Virus record (IMG/VR): IMGVR_UViG_3300025585_000040
Coordinates: 13,652-77,651 of that record
DNA: 64,000 nt
From: a virus
Reading direction: 5' to 3' (one strand)
The position numbers and the translations under genes were made by a program. Under the pieces are notes generated by a model. That model was given only the letters and a program-made list of their open reading frames with translations. It was not told the origin of the DNA and ran no database searches. Shown in pieces: positions 9,879-19,204 of the stretch. Position 1 is the first letter of the stretch. Each line of letters starts with the position of its first letter.

Positions 9879-10088
9879 ATACTTGTGTAGAGTTTTTTCT
9901 CGAAAACAAAAGACGATTCCGCAAAAATTATAGGCCAAGGGGCCGGCCAAGGTAAGTAAGCCGTACCTAGAAGTAGGGTTTCTTAGGTTCTGACTCGTGT
10001 TTCAGCTCTGCCACAATAAATGCAGTTGCTGAAACACGAGCAAATGTACGTTATTGCCCCTACACTACGGAAACCCAAACAAACCGAA

Positions 10089-10289
10089 ATGGCTCTCTCC
10101 ACTCAGGTAAAAGAAGCGACCGAAAAGGCAGCTGCAGCATTGCGTGAAGCACTGGCATTTGCTGCACGCACTGAACATCCCGTTACGATCTCGACTCTCA
10201 CTGATATCTTGGTGCGGCTCGAATCAATGGAGACGATCGAGGAACTGATGGAAAAGTTTGGGAAGCAGGAAATCCCCAAATCCATCTGA
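10089..10289 (+). CDS. hypothetical protein
   Basis: MALSTQVKEA...LAFAARTEHP, typical short cyanophage helical protein. Confidence 0.65.
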   Translation: MALSTQVKEATEKAAAALREALAFAARTEHPVTISTLTDILVRLESMETIEELMEKFGKQEIPKSI

Positions 10290-10309
10290 ATTTGATACAA
10301 TATTAAAGT

Positions 10310-10506
10310 CCCCGCTCTCCTCGATCGGCAGACATGGTCACGCGTCAGGCAGACAGCCTGGAGGGCGGCCACGGTTCTGGAGGCGTCCGATAACGTCTCC
10401 CCGACATCCAGTCCGAGCTAACGGATAAGACGGCCTCCTGATCGACGCTGGACGCAGCGTTTTGAAGCAGGGTCAGGCGATGCGGGTTCGAATCCTGCCT
10501 GGGTGA
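10310..10506 (+). ncRNA. structured non-coding RNA ending in a tRNA-like domain
   Basis: ORF-free, after TACAAT -10 box; several GC hairpins; CATCCAG(10405-11)/CTGGGTG(10499-505) acceptor-like stem and GCGGG-TTCGAAT-CCTGC T-arm. Confidence 0.7.
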
Positions 10507-10559
10507 TTTATTGACGATATGCGCACACGGGTAGCCCCAAAGGGAAATCCCGGTAGAAT

Positions 10560-10913
10560 GTGCTGGTCAATCGGATCCAATCTATGTCCGAGTACAAATC
10601 GGAAGATTTCGAAACCTACGCCAAATGCTTCAGTGTTGAAGCTACACGTATGGTGGAGCTAATGCGAATCTTCGATGAGAAGCTTCAGTCCGAGCTCAAC
10701 ATGCACTCCGTACGGCCTAAGGATTTGTTCCGAATGGTAATGGATCTGAGTTATGACACGGATCGTGCATACAAGAAAGAAAAAAATATTGAGGATGAAC
10801 CTTTCAACATCACGACTTTCATCTCGAAAGATGAGCTCTCATCTCAGCTGCGAACACTCCTCCGGGATGAACTTCAACGTTACTTTAATGCAGTCGACAG
10901 TAATGCTGAATGA
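10560..10913 (+). CDS. hypothetical protein
   Basis: First ORF of a packed + strand cluster. Confidence 0.55.
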   Translation: MLVNRIQSMSEYKSEDFETYAKCFSVEATRMVELMRIFDEKLQSELNMHSVRPKDLFRMVMDLSYDTDRAYKKEKNIEDEPFNITTFISKDELSSQLRTLLRDELQRYFNAVDSNAE

Positions 10914-11106
10914 AGCTAACAGTTGGGTACTACCTGTTGATGAGGAAGGTGTTCTCACCCTACCCGATGAGGTTTGGCAGACCCTCGGTTGGCGAGAGGG
11001 AGATGAGATCGAGTTTCTTGAACAGGAGGACGGTTCCTTTCTTTTGGTAAAAGTCGATGAAACTACACACATTGAAGGAGCGACTGATCCGACGACTGTC
11101 GGTTAA
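10903..11106 (+). CDS. AbrB/MazE-fold DNA-binding protein
   Basis: VDEEGVLTLPDEVWQTLGWREGDEIEF swapped-hairpin signature; start MLNEA overlaps upstream stop. Confidence 0.8.
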   Translation: MLNEANSWVLPVDEEGVLTLPDEVWQTLGWREGDEIEFLEQEDGSFLLVKVDETTHIEGATDPTTVG

Positions 11107-11230
11107 TTACGTCGCCTACATGGGTCAAAAAGAAGTCACGCCAGAGTGGCTAGAAGGTTACTTTCAAGCTAAAAAGGATGCAGAACACTTCATCGAGCAA
11201 CAGGAGGTCTATGAGCCTTACGATGGATGA
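11057..11230 (+). CDS. hypothetical protein (57 aa, not in ORF track)
   Basis: MKLHTLKERLIRRLSVNY...; fills the gap in the cluster. Confidence 0.45.
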   Translation: MKLHTLKERLIRRLSVNYVAYMGQKEVTPEWLEGYFQAKKDAEHFIEQQEVYEPYDG

Positions 11231-11372
11231 AATGATTAAGGCGCAACAAACGCTTCAACGCGAAGAACTGGCTTGGGTCAGCAACGTTTACCGTCAGCGG
11301 CTCAAGGATCTACAGGAAACTGAAATTCAGCGCCAGAAATGGCTGAAGTCCCAGAAGGAAACAAAAGAATGA
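11178..11372 (+). CDS. hypothetical coiled-coil protein
   Basis: GGAGG before internal MSLTM start. Confidence 0.5.
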   Translation: MQNTSSSNRRSMSLTMDEMIKAQQTLQREELAWVSNVYRQRLKDLQETEIQRQKWLKSQKETKE

Positions 11373-11581
11373 CCGAATACACACCAATTGTTCCAACACT
11401 GGAGCAGCTGAAAGCATGGGAAACAGAGTTCTTCGATGAAGAACAAAACCTTGATGTTTTGCTGTGCCGAGCTTATGAAGCTGGTTATTGGAGGTGTCAG
11501 GGTGAATATGACGCTGGTGCCTCTCAACTTGTTAATCCCCTTGACGTGGGTATAATTCTGGAGCCAGATGACGATGACTGA
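11369..11581 (+). CDS. hypothetical protein
   Basis: ATGA overlap with upstream gene. Confidence 0.5.
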   Translation: MTEYTPIVPTLEQLKAWETEFFDEEQNLDVLLCRAYEAGYWRCQGEYDAGASQLVNPLDVGIILEPDDDD

Positions 11582-11774
11582 ACTCTCACCTGCTGCTCAG
11601 GCAGTCCTGGACGCCTATCATTTCGCCCCCTTGGACGACGAGCTCACAATTGCTGCTGTTCTCCACGCCCTCGCCACTCACTGTAAGACACAGAAGAGTG
11701 TCGGGCCTTACATTTCGCAGTACGAAGTACTGAGCATCGCCAAAGAACTGGAGCGTAAACATGAACTGGCCTGA
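11568..11774 (+). CDS. hypothetical protein
   Basis: LSPAAQAVLDA...IAKELE, recurrent cyanophage small-protein pattern. Confidence 0.6.
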   Translation: MTMTELSPAAQAVLDAYHFAPLDDELTIAAVLHALATHCKTQKSVGPYISQYEVLSIAKELERKHELA

Positions 11775-11861
11775 AGCCATGGTCACCATCGCTGGGATGG
11801 TTTGCTTTGTTCACCTCGTTAAAACAATCTTGAAATTTGCGGTAGGTAAAAACCGTTTCTG

Positions 11862-12083
11862 ATGGAGCATATCTCAATAAAACAACCCGATTGGGTGTGC
11901 CATGACTGCGGACAACAGTGGGGTCGGTGGTACGAAGACGGAGAATATTTCGGCCCCAAACCGCATTACGCTACGTATCACATCGAAGAATGTGGGGTCT
12001 GTCACCAGGAGAAATCCGTGACTGAGGCTCGAGACTACGGCTTTCTGCGGCGTGGTTGGGATAAAACCTTGTCGCCTAAGTGA
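11862..12083 (+). CDS. small zinc-finger protein
   Basis: CHDC...CGVC. Confidence 0.6.
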   Translation: MEHISIKQPDWVCHDCGQQWGRWYEDGEYFGPKPHYATYHIEECGVCHQEKSVTEARDYGFLRRGWDKTLSPK

Positions 12084-12119
12084 ATACAGCTAAGCTTTGT
12101 TTGTTGTAATACTTCACCA

Positions 12120-12359
12120 ATGAAGATCCGCAAGCAGGGTAAGTACCGTGGCGGTCCCTCCGAAATCCTCGAGCCCATCGAATTTGAGGGTTACCAGATC
12201 AAAAGCCTGAAGCACGGTAATACCAACCACGTTTTGTACTACTTCCCCAGCGAAGCGCATGACTGGGAAGGTTGCTGGACGATGGACCTTGAAACCGCTA
12301 AAAAAGGTGTAACTAAATACAATAAACACCTCAAGGAACTTGATTCAGTGCAAGGGTAA
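12120..12359 (+). CDS. hypothetical protein
   Basis: ATG ORF in co-oriented cluster. Confidence 0.55.
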   Translation: MKIRKQGKYRGGPSEILEPIEFEGYQIKSLKHGNTNHVLYYFPSEAHDWEGCWTMDLETAKKGVTKYNKHLKELDSVQG

Positions 12360-12401
12360 GCACTCGTATAATCAGCTTTGTATTGATAACAGGCCTAAGA
12401 A

Positions 12402-12668
12402 GTGGTCCGACCTGCATTCCGACACAGCGACCTCATGGACGATCTGGCCATGGGGATTCACGCTTACCTACTAGAGATTTCGACTGAATTTAAAGGTAAT
12501 AACCTCGTCCTGATTCCTGTTACGGAAATCGTAAAGAAGTTCGAACGTAATCACCGGACAATTCAGCGCCGTCTCAGTGCTCTGCAGGATGAAGGTCTAC
12601 TTACCCCAGTGATTCGGAAACAAACTATTGTTCTGTATCACGTCAAGGATCAGAAGGATCAACCATGA
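12402..12668 (+). CDS. winged helix-turn-helix DNA-binding protein
   Basis: VTEIVKKFERNHRTIQRRLSALQDEGLL wHTH pattern. Confidence 0.7.
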   Translation: MVRPAFRHSDLMDDLAMGIHAYLLEISTEFKGNNLVLIPVTEIVKKFERNHRTIQRRLSALQDEGLLTPVIRKQTIVLYHVKDQKDQP

Positions 12669-12979
12669 GCGAGGAAAAAGCAACGGGCCATCTGGAAGCA
12701 ATTTCGTTTCTCCTCTCGTCGTTCACTGACAACGGGAGGAGTCTTCGGGCTTTCACAACAAATCCCCAGGAATTGGCCATTACAATCCTGACCGCAGGAT
12801 TGATTTCAAACAGCAAATTGATGCTGAATCCGGATGAGGCTGTACGCTCCGCCTTTGAAATCCACGCCAGGATTCAACGCCACGTTGGAAACTTTCAATC
12901 GATGCAGTTCGCAGCTAACATCGAGGATTGCTTCAAACCGTCACAACATCCCGAAATTGGGGAGGTTGAGGGTGACTGA
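12665..12979 (+). CDS. hypothetical protein
   Basis: ATGA coupling with wHTH gene. Confidence 0.55.
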   Translation: MSEEKATGHLEAISFLLSSFTDNGRSLRAFTTNPQELAITILTAGLISNSKLMLNPDEAVRSAFEIHARIQRHVGNFQSMQFAANIEDCFKPSQHPEIGEVEGD

Positions 12980-13337
12980 ACGCTGCGTCCCTCTTCAGTA
13001 AACGCATCGATCCGTGAGTTGATTCAAAAGCATACTTCAGGCTGTGACACGCAGCTTCCGGATCGGTGTGACTACCACAAGTGTAAGCATCGATGGAAGC
13101 GTACCCGTACTGCGGCCACGAGTGGAAGGAAATGTGTGATTCCGCTAGGAGGGCGATCGCTGTCACGCCCTGAGGTTCAAATTTGTGGGTGACGAGGTCC
13201 AGTAACGTCGCACCAGCTGACTCGGCCGCTTCAGTTAGAGACTTCTTCACAAAGTCTTCATCATCGAGCAGGGTCGGATTACCCCCAAAAAGCTCGTAAA
13301 TAGCGTGGCGACCTACTACCTGGGGAACTTCGTACAA
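12933..13337 (-). CDS. speD: S-adenosylmethionine decarboxylase proenzyme (pyruvoyl type)
   Basis: HKFEPQGVT, LAESHISFHSWP self-cleavage site, DAYTCG. Confidence 0.92.
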   Translation of the reverse strand: MYEVPQVVGRHAIYELFGGNPTLLDDEDFVKKSLTEAAESAGATLLDLVTHKFEPQGVTAIALLAESHISFHSWPQYGYASIDAYTCGSHTDPEAACHSLKYAFESTHGSMRLLKRDAAFSHPQPPQFRDVVTV

Positions 13338-13432
13338 CCCGCTGTACCGATTGTTTTTTAAACAGTCTAAGGCCTCAAATCCTGGACGGCCACTAGAAAA
13401 TACGGTACGTTGCCCAGAGCTGCGTAACCCTC

Positions 13433-14323
13433 GTGCCCCTAGTGATGGATGAAAAAGTCGCAGAAATCTCGGCGAGAGGCGAAGTAGGGCGAAAAGTTTA
13501 TACAGAGTACTCTGCCGAGAAAGATTATCGGCAGTTCATGGATTATCGGTCGGATGGAGATACCCGCCTAACAATCAATGGCTCCCGTCACTACAAGACT
13601 CCCTACGGAGCACTACCTTCAGTCACGACAATCCTGTCTGCAACTGGCGGAAATAAGGCAGCATTAGAGAGGTGGGCTAAAAAAAATCCTGGTGGGAGAG
13701 AGGCTGCCGCAGCACGGGGAACCAAGGTTCACTCCCTGATGGAGGAGTATCTTCTCGGCATCAACAAGAATCCAGTCATCGAAGATGAGGAGATCGCTCA
13801 GTTCTGGAACGGTCTTCCCGAAAACCTCGATAAGCTCGGTCGCGTGATCTGGGCGGAAAATCCAGCTGGTGACGCATTCCCATGGACAATGGGAGGTGAC
13901 GGAATTAGCCGGGTTTGGCATCCAGGTGTAAAAGAAGGTGAAAATTGGGGGTGGGCAGGAGCCCCCGACATCGTGGCGGAGTACAAAAACAAAGTCGTAC
14001 TGGGAGATCTCAAGACCTCAAACGGCCCTTACTACGCAAAATGGCCCGGTCCGGACACCATCAAATCGGAGTACGGGATGAAGCGGGCTGGCTTCATGAA
14101 ATACCAAAAATGCATGATGCAGATGGGTGCGTACGCTATGGCGTTGGAGCACACAGTAGGTATCATCCCTGAAATTCTGATGATTTTCGTCGCCACGAGG
14201 GACCGTTCCCAGGTGTTCGCGGTCCAGGGCGGAACCATCGAGAAGTACAAACAGAAGTGGCTCGATGCCGTAGAGAAGTACTACAGCGAAATTCTACCCG
14301 GATTGGCGGAAGAAGACTCCTGA
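13433..14323 (+). CDS. PD-(D/E)XK exonuclease
   Basis: LPSVTTIL, RGTKVH, AGAPD...DLKTS, QMGAYA. Confidence 0.85.
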   Translation: MPLVMDEKVAEISARGEVGRKVYTEYSAEKDYRQFMDYRSDGDTRLTINGSRHYKTPYGALPSVTTILSATGGNKAALERWAKKNPGGREAAAARGTKVHSLMEEYLLGINKNPVIEDEEIAQFWNGLPENLDKLGRVIWAENPAGDAFPWTMGGDGISRVWHPGVKEGENWGWAGAPDIVAEYKNKVVLGDLKTSNGPYYAKWPGPDTIKSEYGMKRAGFMKYQKCMMQMGAYAMALEHTVGIIPEILMIFVATRDRSQVFAVQGGTIEKYKQKWLDAVEKYYSEILPGLAEEDS

Positions 14324-14464
14324 GATTCGGCATAAGACCCGTTCAGTACAGATGTGGTCCCGCTACGTTGGATCTACAGGAAGGGCACAGGTTTCAGGGT
14401 AGCCATAGCAGAAAATGCAGGCTAACTTGGCCCTGGCGTCCAAAACGCTTGCAATAACAGGACT

Positions 14465-17053
14465 GTGACGACCGCTACACCCGAACCCCAACGACCACGG
14501 AAGCATCTCAAGCCGGGACAGATTGATCTCAATCTGATTCCGCCAGATTGGGGTTTAACACCGCTTAATGGTAAGCGGGCTTACGTAGCGGGCTGGACTA
14601 CCACTCCCTATACCGTCGATCAGATCAAGCAGGAGCTAGATCAGGGTCGCGCCACTGGTGTTGGCCTTTTAACGGGTCAGTGGTCTAATGAAGGCGGCCT
14701 GATTTGGGTTGATATCGATGGTCCCGACGCAATCCCTGCGTTAGAAGAACTGGCTGGTGGTTCGTTAGACGTTGTTTTCCCGCCGACACTGACGATTTCA
14801 TCCGGTAAAGAAGGCCGGATGCGGATGTTGTACAGCGTCCCGACGGCGAAGCTTCCGTTGCTGCCGGATAAGGCGACGATCAAAATCGGAATTCCGTCGT
14901 TTGAAATCCTGTTCCGCTCCAGGCAAGGTGCGGTCATGGGCGCTCACCCGGAAACAGACGGTTACTTTACGACACCACATGGCGGCTTTGAATATGCTAA
15001 GAACCCCCCCGAATTACCAGAGTGGCTGTACCAAGCTATTGCCAAGGCATTTCCAACCAACAAGTACCGTAAGCCTGTAACAGGTGGCGTCATCACCCAA
15101 CAGGTGAATCTCACCTATGAGGAAGGTTCGAAATATCAGATCGAGGAGGCTGAAAATGAGGCCAGGGTTTACCTGGAGAACCTCGATCTGGAGCGTGCTG
15201 AAGATTACGAGGAGTGGCTTGCGGTTGGCATGAGCCTCCACCAAGTCTCCGAGAACCTGCTCGAGGACTGGGTTGAGTGGTCTTCTACCGCCGATAACTT
15301 CCAAGCAGGCGTCTGCGAAGAGAAATGGCGGTCGTTTGAACGGCTGCCCGGTGGACCGAGTCCTGAGGGTGCCAGGGGTCTGCAGACTCTCCGTGCCAAA
15401 GCCAAGGAAGACGGTTTCATTGATCTTGGCGGCTTTGTTGTTGAGTCGCCAGAAGTGCTTGCGCAGAAGGCTGCTGAGCTGTTCGGTGATGACGAAGAGC
15501 CACCGATGCCACGAGGCAACTATGACTTCAACCGGAAAGTCAATCAGATGCTTGGGGGTCCTGAAGAAGACGATGAAGAAGAAGTTCGTCAACGCGTCAA
15601 CGGTAAAGGCCGTCCCAGGACTCCGCCTGCCTCGGAACTAGCCGAGACGGTCACTGTGATGATGAAGCAAAGCGGATGGTTATACGATCCAAAGTTCGAC
15701 ATCTTCATGTTTTATCAGAGTGATTCTGGTACTTGGCGACGTGAAAACCATGCAAATGAGTATAAATACGCAATTCAGGATCTTTTCCTGTTTGAAAAGA
15801 ATATACAAGTCCCTGGTGGCTTTACATCTCACCTACTGACCGATGTATGTAACCTCACGAAAGCATATCTTCTCCACGATTATTGGGACGATGACCCCGA
15901 TAAACTAGCCTTCAAGAATGGCGTTTTAGAGATCAGTACAGGTGAATTCCTGGCGCATGACCGGGAAAATTACATGACGTGGGGTCTTGATTTCAACTAT
16001 GATCCCGGTGCTGATCCCGGTCCAATTATTGAGTGGCTTCAGCGTACCCAGTATGGTGATGAGGGCCGGGTCCAAGTGTTGCGGGCCTGGCTGCGGGCCT
16101 GTTTGGTGGCACAAGGCCAGGAATTGCAGCGCTTCCTCGAAGTGATCGGTCCTGGTGGCCGAGGTAAGTCCACCTTCGCCAATCTGTGTTGCGCCATGGT
16201 TGGCAGTGGTAACTATGCCAGCACCACCCTCAACCAGTTAGAGCAGAGTCGATTTGAGGTGGCATCGATTAAGGGTAAACGGATGACGCTGATCAATGAT
16301 TCGGAGCGTTATGGCGGTTCTGCTCAGATCTTTAAGGCTTTGACTGGTGGTGACAACCTCCGTTTCGAGGAGAAAAACAAGAACGTCGGTGAACCTTTTG
16401 TGTACACCGGTATGGTCATGGTGGTGGCCAACGAACCGATTCAGACCACGGATAATACTTCTGGTTTGAGTCGCCGTCGCCTCACGATTGAATTTAATCG
16501 CCCGCTGTACGACAAGAGTTCGGAGGCCAAGGAGATGATCAAGCTCGATCAGGGCATCGTAAAGGGCTTATGGAAGCATTATTTACCCGGCTTAGTGAAC
16601 TGGGTGTTGCAGATGAGCGACGATGAAATGCGTCAGTATCTGCTCGACACCTACGAAATGGTGCCTTCGCTAAAGAGGGTACGAAATGAAATCCTCCTGA
16701 ACAGCAATAACCTCGTGGAATGGCTCCAATCGGAGATCGTTCTAGACGACAAGGCTGTTACTGCTGTCGGAAAGCGCATCCCTGCTGCTAAAGACGCCGG
16801 GGAACGGTATCACAACTCGAAGTATCATTTGTATGCCAGCTATTGCTCGTATTGCGAGGACACTGGCAGTAAACCTGTCGGCCAAAAGCGCTTCATCGCA
16901 CTGGTGATGGACTGTTGCACCAACCAGCTTGGTTTTAAAAATATTCGGAGCTTTTCTAAAGGTGGTAGGCCCTTTATCAAGGGTTTAGCTATTCGGGCTT
17001 CTGACCCCAAATATGACCGTTTTCCGACTATCTTGCCTGAAGGTAAAGAATAA
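14465..17053 (+). CDS. primase-helicase (Prim-Pol, PriCT-2, D5/SF3 helicase)
   Basis: VDIDG primase motif, YEEWLAVGMSLH PriCT-2, FKNGVL D5_N, Walker A GPGGRGKST. Confidence 0.92.
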   Translation: MTTATPEPQRPRKHLKPGQIDLNLIPPDWGLTPLNGKRAYVAGWTTTPYTVDQIKQELDQGRATGVGLLTGQWSNEGGLIWVDIDGPDAIPALEELAGGSLDVVFPPTLTISSGKEGRMRMLYSVPTAKLPLLPDKATIKIGIPSFEILFRSRQGAVMGAHPETDGYFTTPHGGFEYAKNPPELPEWLYQAIAKAFPTNKYRKPVTGGVITQQVNLTYEEGSKYQIEEAENEARVYLENLDLERAEDYEEWLAVGMSLHQVSENLLEDWVEWSSTADNFQAGVCEEKWRSFERLPGGPSPEGARGLQTLRAKAKEDGFIDLGGFVVESPEVLAQKAAELFGDDEEPPMPRGNYDFNRKVNQMLGGPEEDDEEEVRQRVNGKGRPRTPPASELAETVTVMMKQSGWLYDPKFDIFMFYQSDSGTWRRENHANEYKYAIQDLFLFEKNIQVPGGFTSHLLTDVCNLTKAYLLHDYWDDDPDKLAFKNGVLEISTGEFLAHDRENYMTWGLDFNYDPGADPGPIIEWLQRTQYGDEGRVQVLRAWLRACLVAQGQELQRFLEVIGPGGRGKSTFANLCCAMVGSGNYASTTLNQLEQSRFEVASIKGKRMTLINDSERYGGSAQIFKALTGGDNLRFEEKNKNVGEPFVYTGMVMVVANEPIQTTDNTSGLSRRRLTIEFNRPLYDKSSEAKEMIKLDQGIVKGLWKHYLPGLVNWVLQMSDDEMRQYLLDTYEMVPSLKRVRNEILLNSNNLVEWLQSEIVLDDKAVTAVGKRIPAAKDAGERYHNSKYHLYASYCSYCEDTGSKPVGQKRFIALVMDCCTNQLGFKNIRSFSKGGRPFIKGLAIRASDPKYDRFPTILPEGKE

Positions 17054-17121
17054 TTCTTGTAAAATTTAAGGGCAGCGGAGCGTCAACTCCCTGCCCAACG
17101 GTAACCACTTCTACTGGTCAC

Positions 17122-17844
17122 ATGAATAGTATAGACGGGCTCAAGACCTGCCGCAAAGGTCTGCATCAATATCCGGCGGATAAAAAGCGATGCCCAGAAT
17201 GCAGTAGGGCAAGTAGTCGGCGGTGGCGACAGAAAAATCCTGATCGGAGACAGGAGTACAACCGGCAGTGGCGAAAACAGAATCCTGATTATGATCGACT
17301 TTATTACCAGCAAAATCATGAACAGCAGCTGGAATATGATCGACGTTATCGCGAACAGAATCGTGAGCGGATGCGGGAACTAGAACGCCTTCGCTACAAG
17401 CAAAATTCGGAACAGCAACGAAAAAAGAGTCAGCAGTGGCGCCAACAGAATCCTGAGCGACAAAGAGATAACAACCGACGTTGGCGCGAGCAAAATCCAA
17501 ACTATAGTCAACAGTGGCGCGAGCAAAATCCTGATAAAACTCGCGCATACAAAAGTCGCCGTCGAGCGCTACAAAAACAAGCTGCACCTCCATGGGCAGA
17601 TTACACTGCAATCAATGCAATCTACGACGAAGCCGTACGCCTGGAAAAAGAAACAGGAATTAAATACGAAGTTGATCACATCTACCCACTTCAAAGCGAT
17701 TACATGTGCGGCTTACACGTGGAAACAAACCTTCAGATTTTAACTGTAGAGGAAAATAGATCAAAAGGTAACCGCACGTGGCCAGGTCAACTTGAGTGTC
17801 AGCGTTTATCACTTAAAGAAAATGGTTTTGATTTGATGGATTGA
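17122..17844 (+). mobile_element. free-standing HNH homing endonuclease with WRxQNP repeats
   Basis: EVDHIYPLQ...CGLHVETNLQILTVEENRSKGN; N-terminal CRKGLH...CPEC; flanked by duplicated primase C-terminus. Confidence 0.9.
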
Positions 17845-17960
17845 TAAGTTCCCGACTGTTCTCCCTGAAGGCCGAGAGGACTAGACCTAAGCTAGCCCGA
17901 ACAGTTCCTTCAGTTCCGCCACGGTCAACCCAGCGGCGTTCAGCTTCTGTTCAGTGGTGA

Positions 17961-18134
17961 TCACGGGGTTACCTCAGGTTCATCTGCCGGAAGCGGTTCG
18001 TTGCCTTCGGCTAGCCAGGCGACAAAATCGGGATACTCAGCACTGCAGGTCAGACGGCAAACGCCATCGTCATCAATGCGAGCGTAGATCTGAGGATCTT
18101 CAGGGTTGAATTTGGGAAGTTCTTTGTAGGTCAT
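17961..18134 (-). CDS. putative fibre assembly chaperone (57 aa, not in ORF track)
   Basis: MTYKELPKF...FVAWLAEGNEPLPAD, like the partners of the other two fibre genes; ATGA overlap with fibre stop. Confidence 0.7.
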   Translation of the reverse strand: MTYKELPKFNPEDPQIYARIDDDGVCRLTCSAEYPDFVAWLAEGNEPLPADEPEVTP

Positions 18135-19204
18135 AGCTCAGCACTCCAGGCGAGGTAACCGTCTCCAGTGTTTTGTAAGGATAAGAAACTGCAGTTTCCG
18201 GCAGTCAATCCGCTGGCAACAGAAACTCGAAGTGTTGCAGTATTTAAGGAACCAGTTTGATGCGTCGGAACTGCACTTGCAGTAATAAATGACCCGTTGC
18301 TGCTTAAAACTTGATAATCTGCTGCAGTACCAGATTGTTCAAGAGCTGTGGGCGAATCTCGCATCGTAACAGGATACTGAACCATATAATCTCCAGTGCC
18401 AGTGCCGATAGCTTGTCCCACGCCAATACGAATATCGACACTAGCGTTTCTGGTAATTCTGTAGTAATACCTCTGACACAACGCCAGCTCCTGTCCGTAG
18501 CTTCTGCGTTCAAACGGGGTGGCGACGGTTCCTGGTTCAACCTGCACCTGCGCGAGGTCCAGCGTATAGGTGCTGTTGATCGGCACCATAAACGTGAGAC
18601 CAACGTAGTGATTAGTGCCGATGGTCTTGCCACTGATTGAGCCAACGTTGACGGTGTAGGTGTATTTCGTCCAGCTTGCGTTCAGCGCAACATTGGTTGC
18701 CAACGTGTAAGCCACTTGAGTAGAGCCGCCAGATCCAAAGGTCTGGGTTAGATAAATGTTGGGCAGGGTGCCTGTGCCCTTAGCATAAAAACTGATTGTT
18801 GCTGTTCGTCCTGCCAGAGTGCGTACGTCCTCAATGCGCTGCTCGACATAGCAGCTACCCGTAGTTTGCCCACTCGGGGCGGAAGTAATTTGCCAACGCA
18901 GGAAATAAGTTGGTTCACCAGGAACGTCTGTCTGACCAGCAGTAAACGCTTGCTGCGAAACAGAACCATTACCACCAGTGCCGGCTGAACTGAAAACCCA
19001 ACGATCAGGCCAGTAGAAGTTGCTAATTGGAGCCACCCATGTCGCTGTGCTGGTCCCTCTTTGCCAGATGTCGAAGTTGCCGTTGATAATGCGGTTCCTA
19101 GTGCCAGCAAGTGGTCCGCCGTTTAGGCTATTTACAGTCGCGTCATCAAATGTTACATCCTGACTGGCTGTACCCGCGATTAATTGAGCTTTAGTTTGTG
19201 ACAT
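18131..19204 (-). CDS. tail fibre / receptor-binding protein paralogue 1
   Basis: NRIINGNFDIWQRG and EPGTVATPFERRSYGQELALCQRYY blocks shared with 36792..38387 and 38656..39741. Confidence 0.75.
   Translation of the reverse strand: MSQTKAQLIAGTASQDVTFDDATVNSLNGGPLAGTRNRIINGNFDIWQRGTSTATWVAPISNFYWPDRWVFSSAGTGGNGSVSQQAFTAGQTDVPGEPTYFLRWQITSAPSGQTTGSCYVEQRIEDVRTLAGRTATISFYAKGTGTLPNIYLTQTFGSGGSTQVAYTLATNVALNASWTKYTYTVNVGSISGKTIGTNHYVGLTFMVPINSTYTLDLAQVQVEPGTVATPFERRSYGQELALCQRYYYRITRNASVDIRIGVGQAIGTGTGDYMVQYPVTMRDSPTALEQSGTAADYQVLSSNGSFITASAVPTHQTGSLNTATLRVSVASGLTAGNCSFLSLQNTGDGYLAWSAEL

Noticed and set aside
10405-10506. tmRNA, or tRNA with an archaeal-type intron
   Set aside because: No G3-U70 alanine identity or tag frame; removing the bulge-helix-like segment gives a non-canonical loop (CCUGAUC) on a 4-bp stem.
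13433-14323. Cas4 / CRISPR system
   Set aside because: No four-Cys Fe-S motif, no other cas genes and no repeat-spacer array seen; ordinary phage exonuclease.
17200-17540. CAAAATCC-type DNA repeats
   Set aside because: They encode the WRxQNP helical repeats of the HNH protein, not an independent array.
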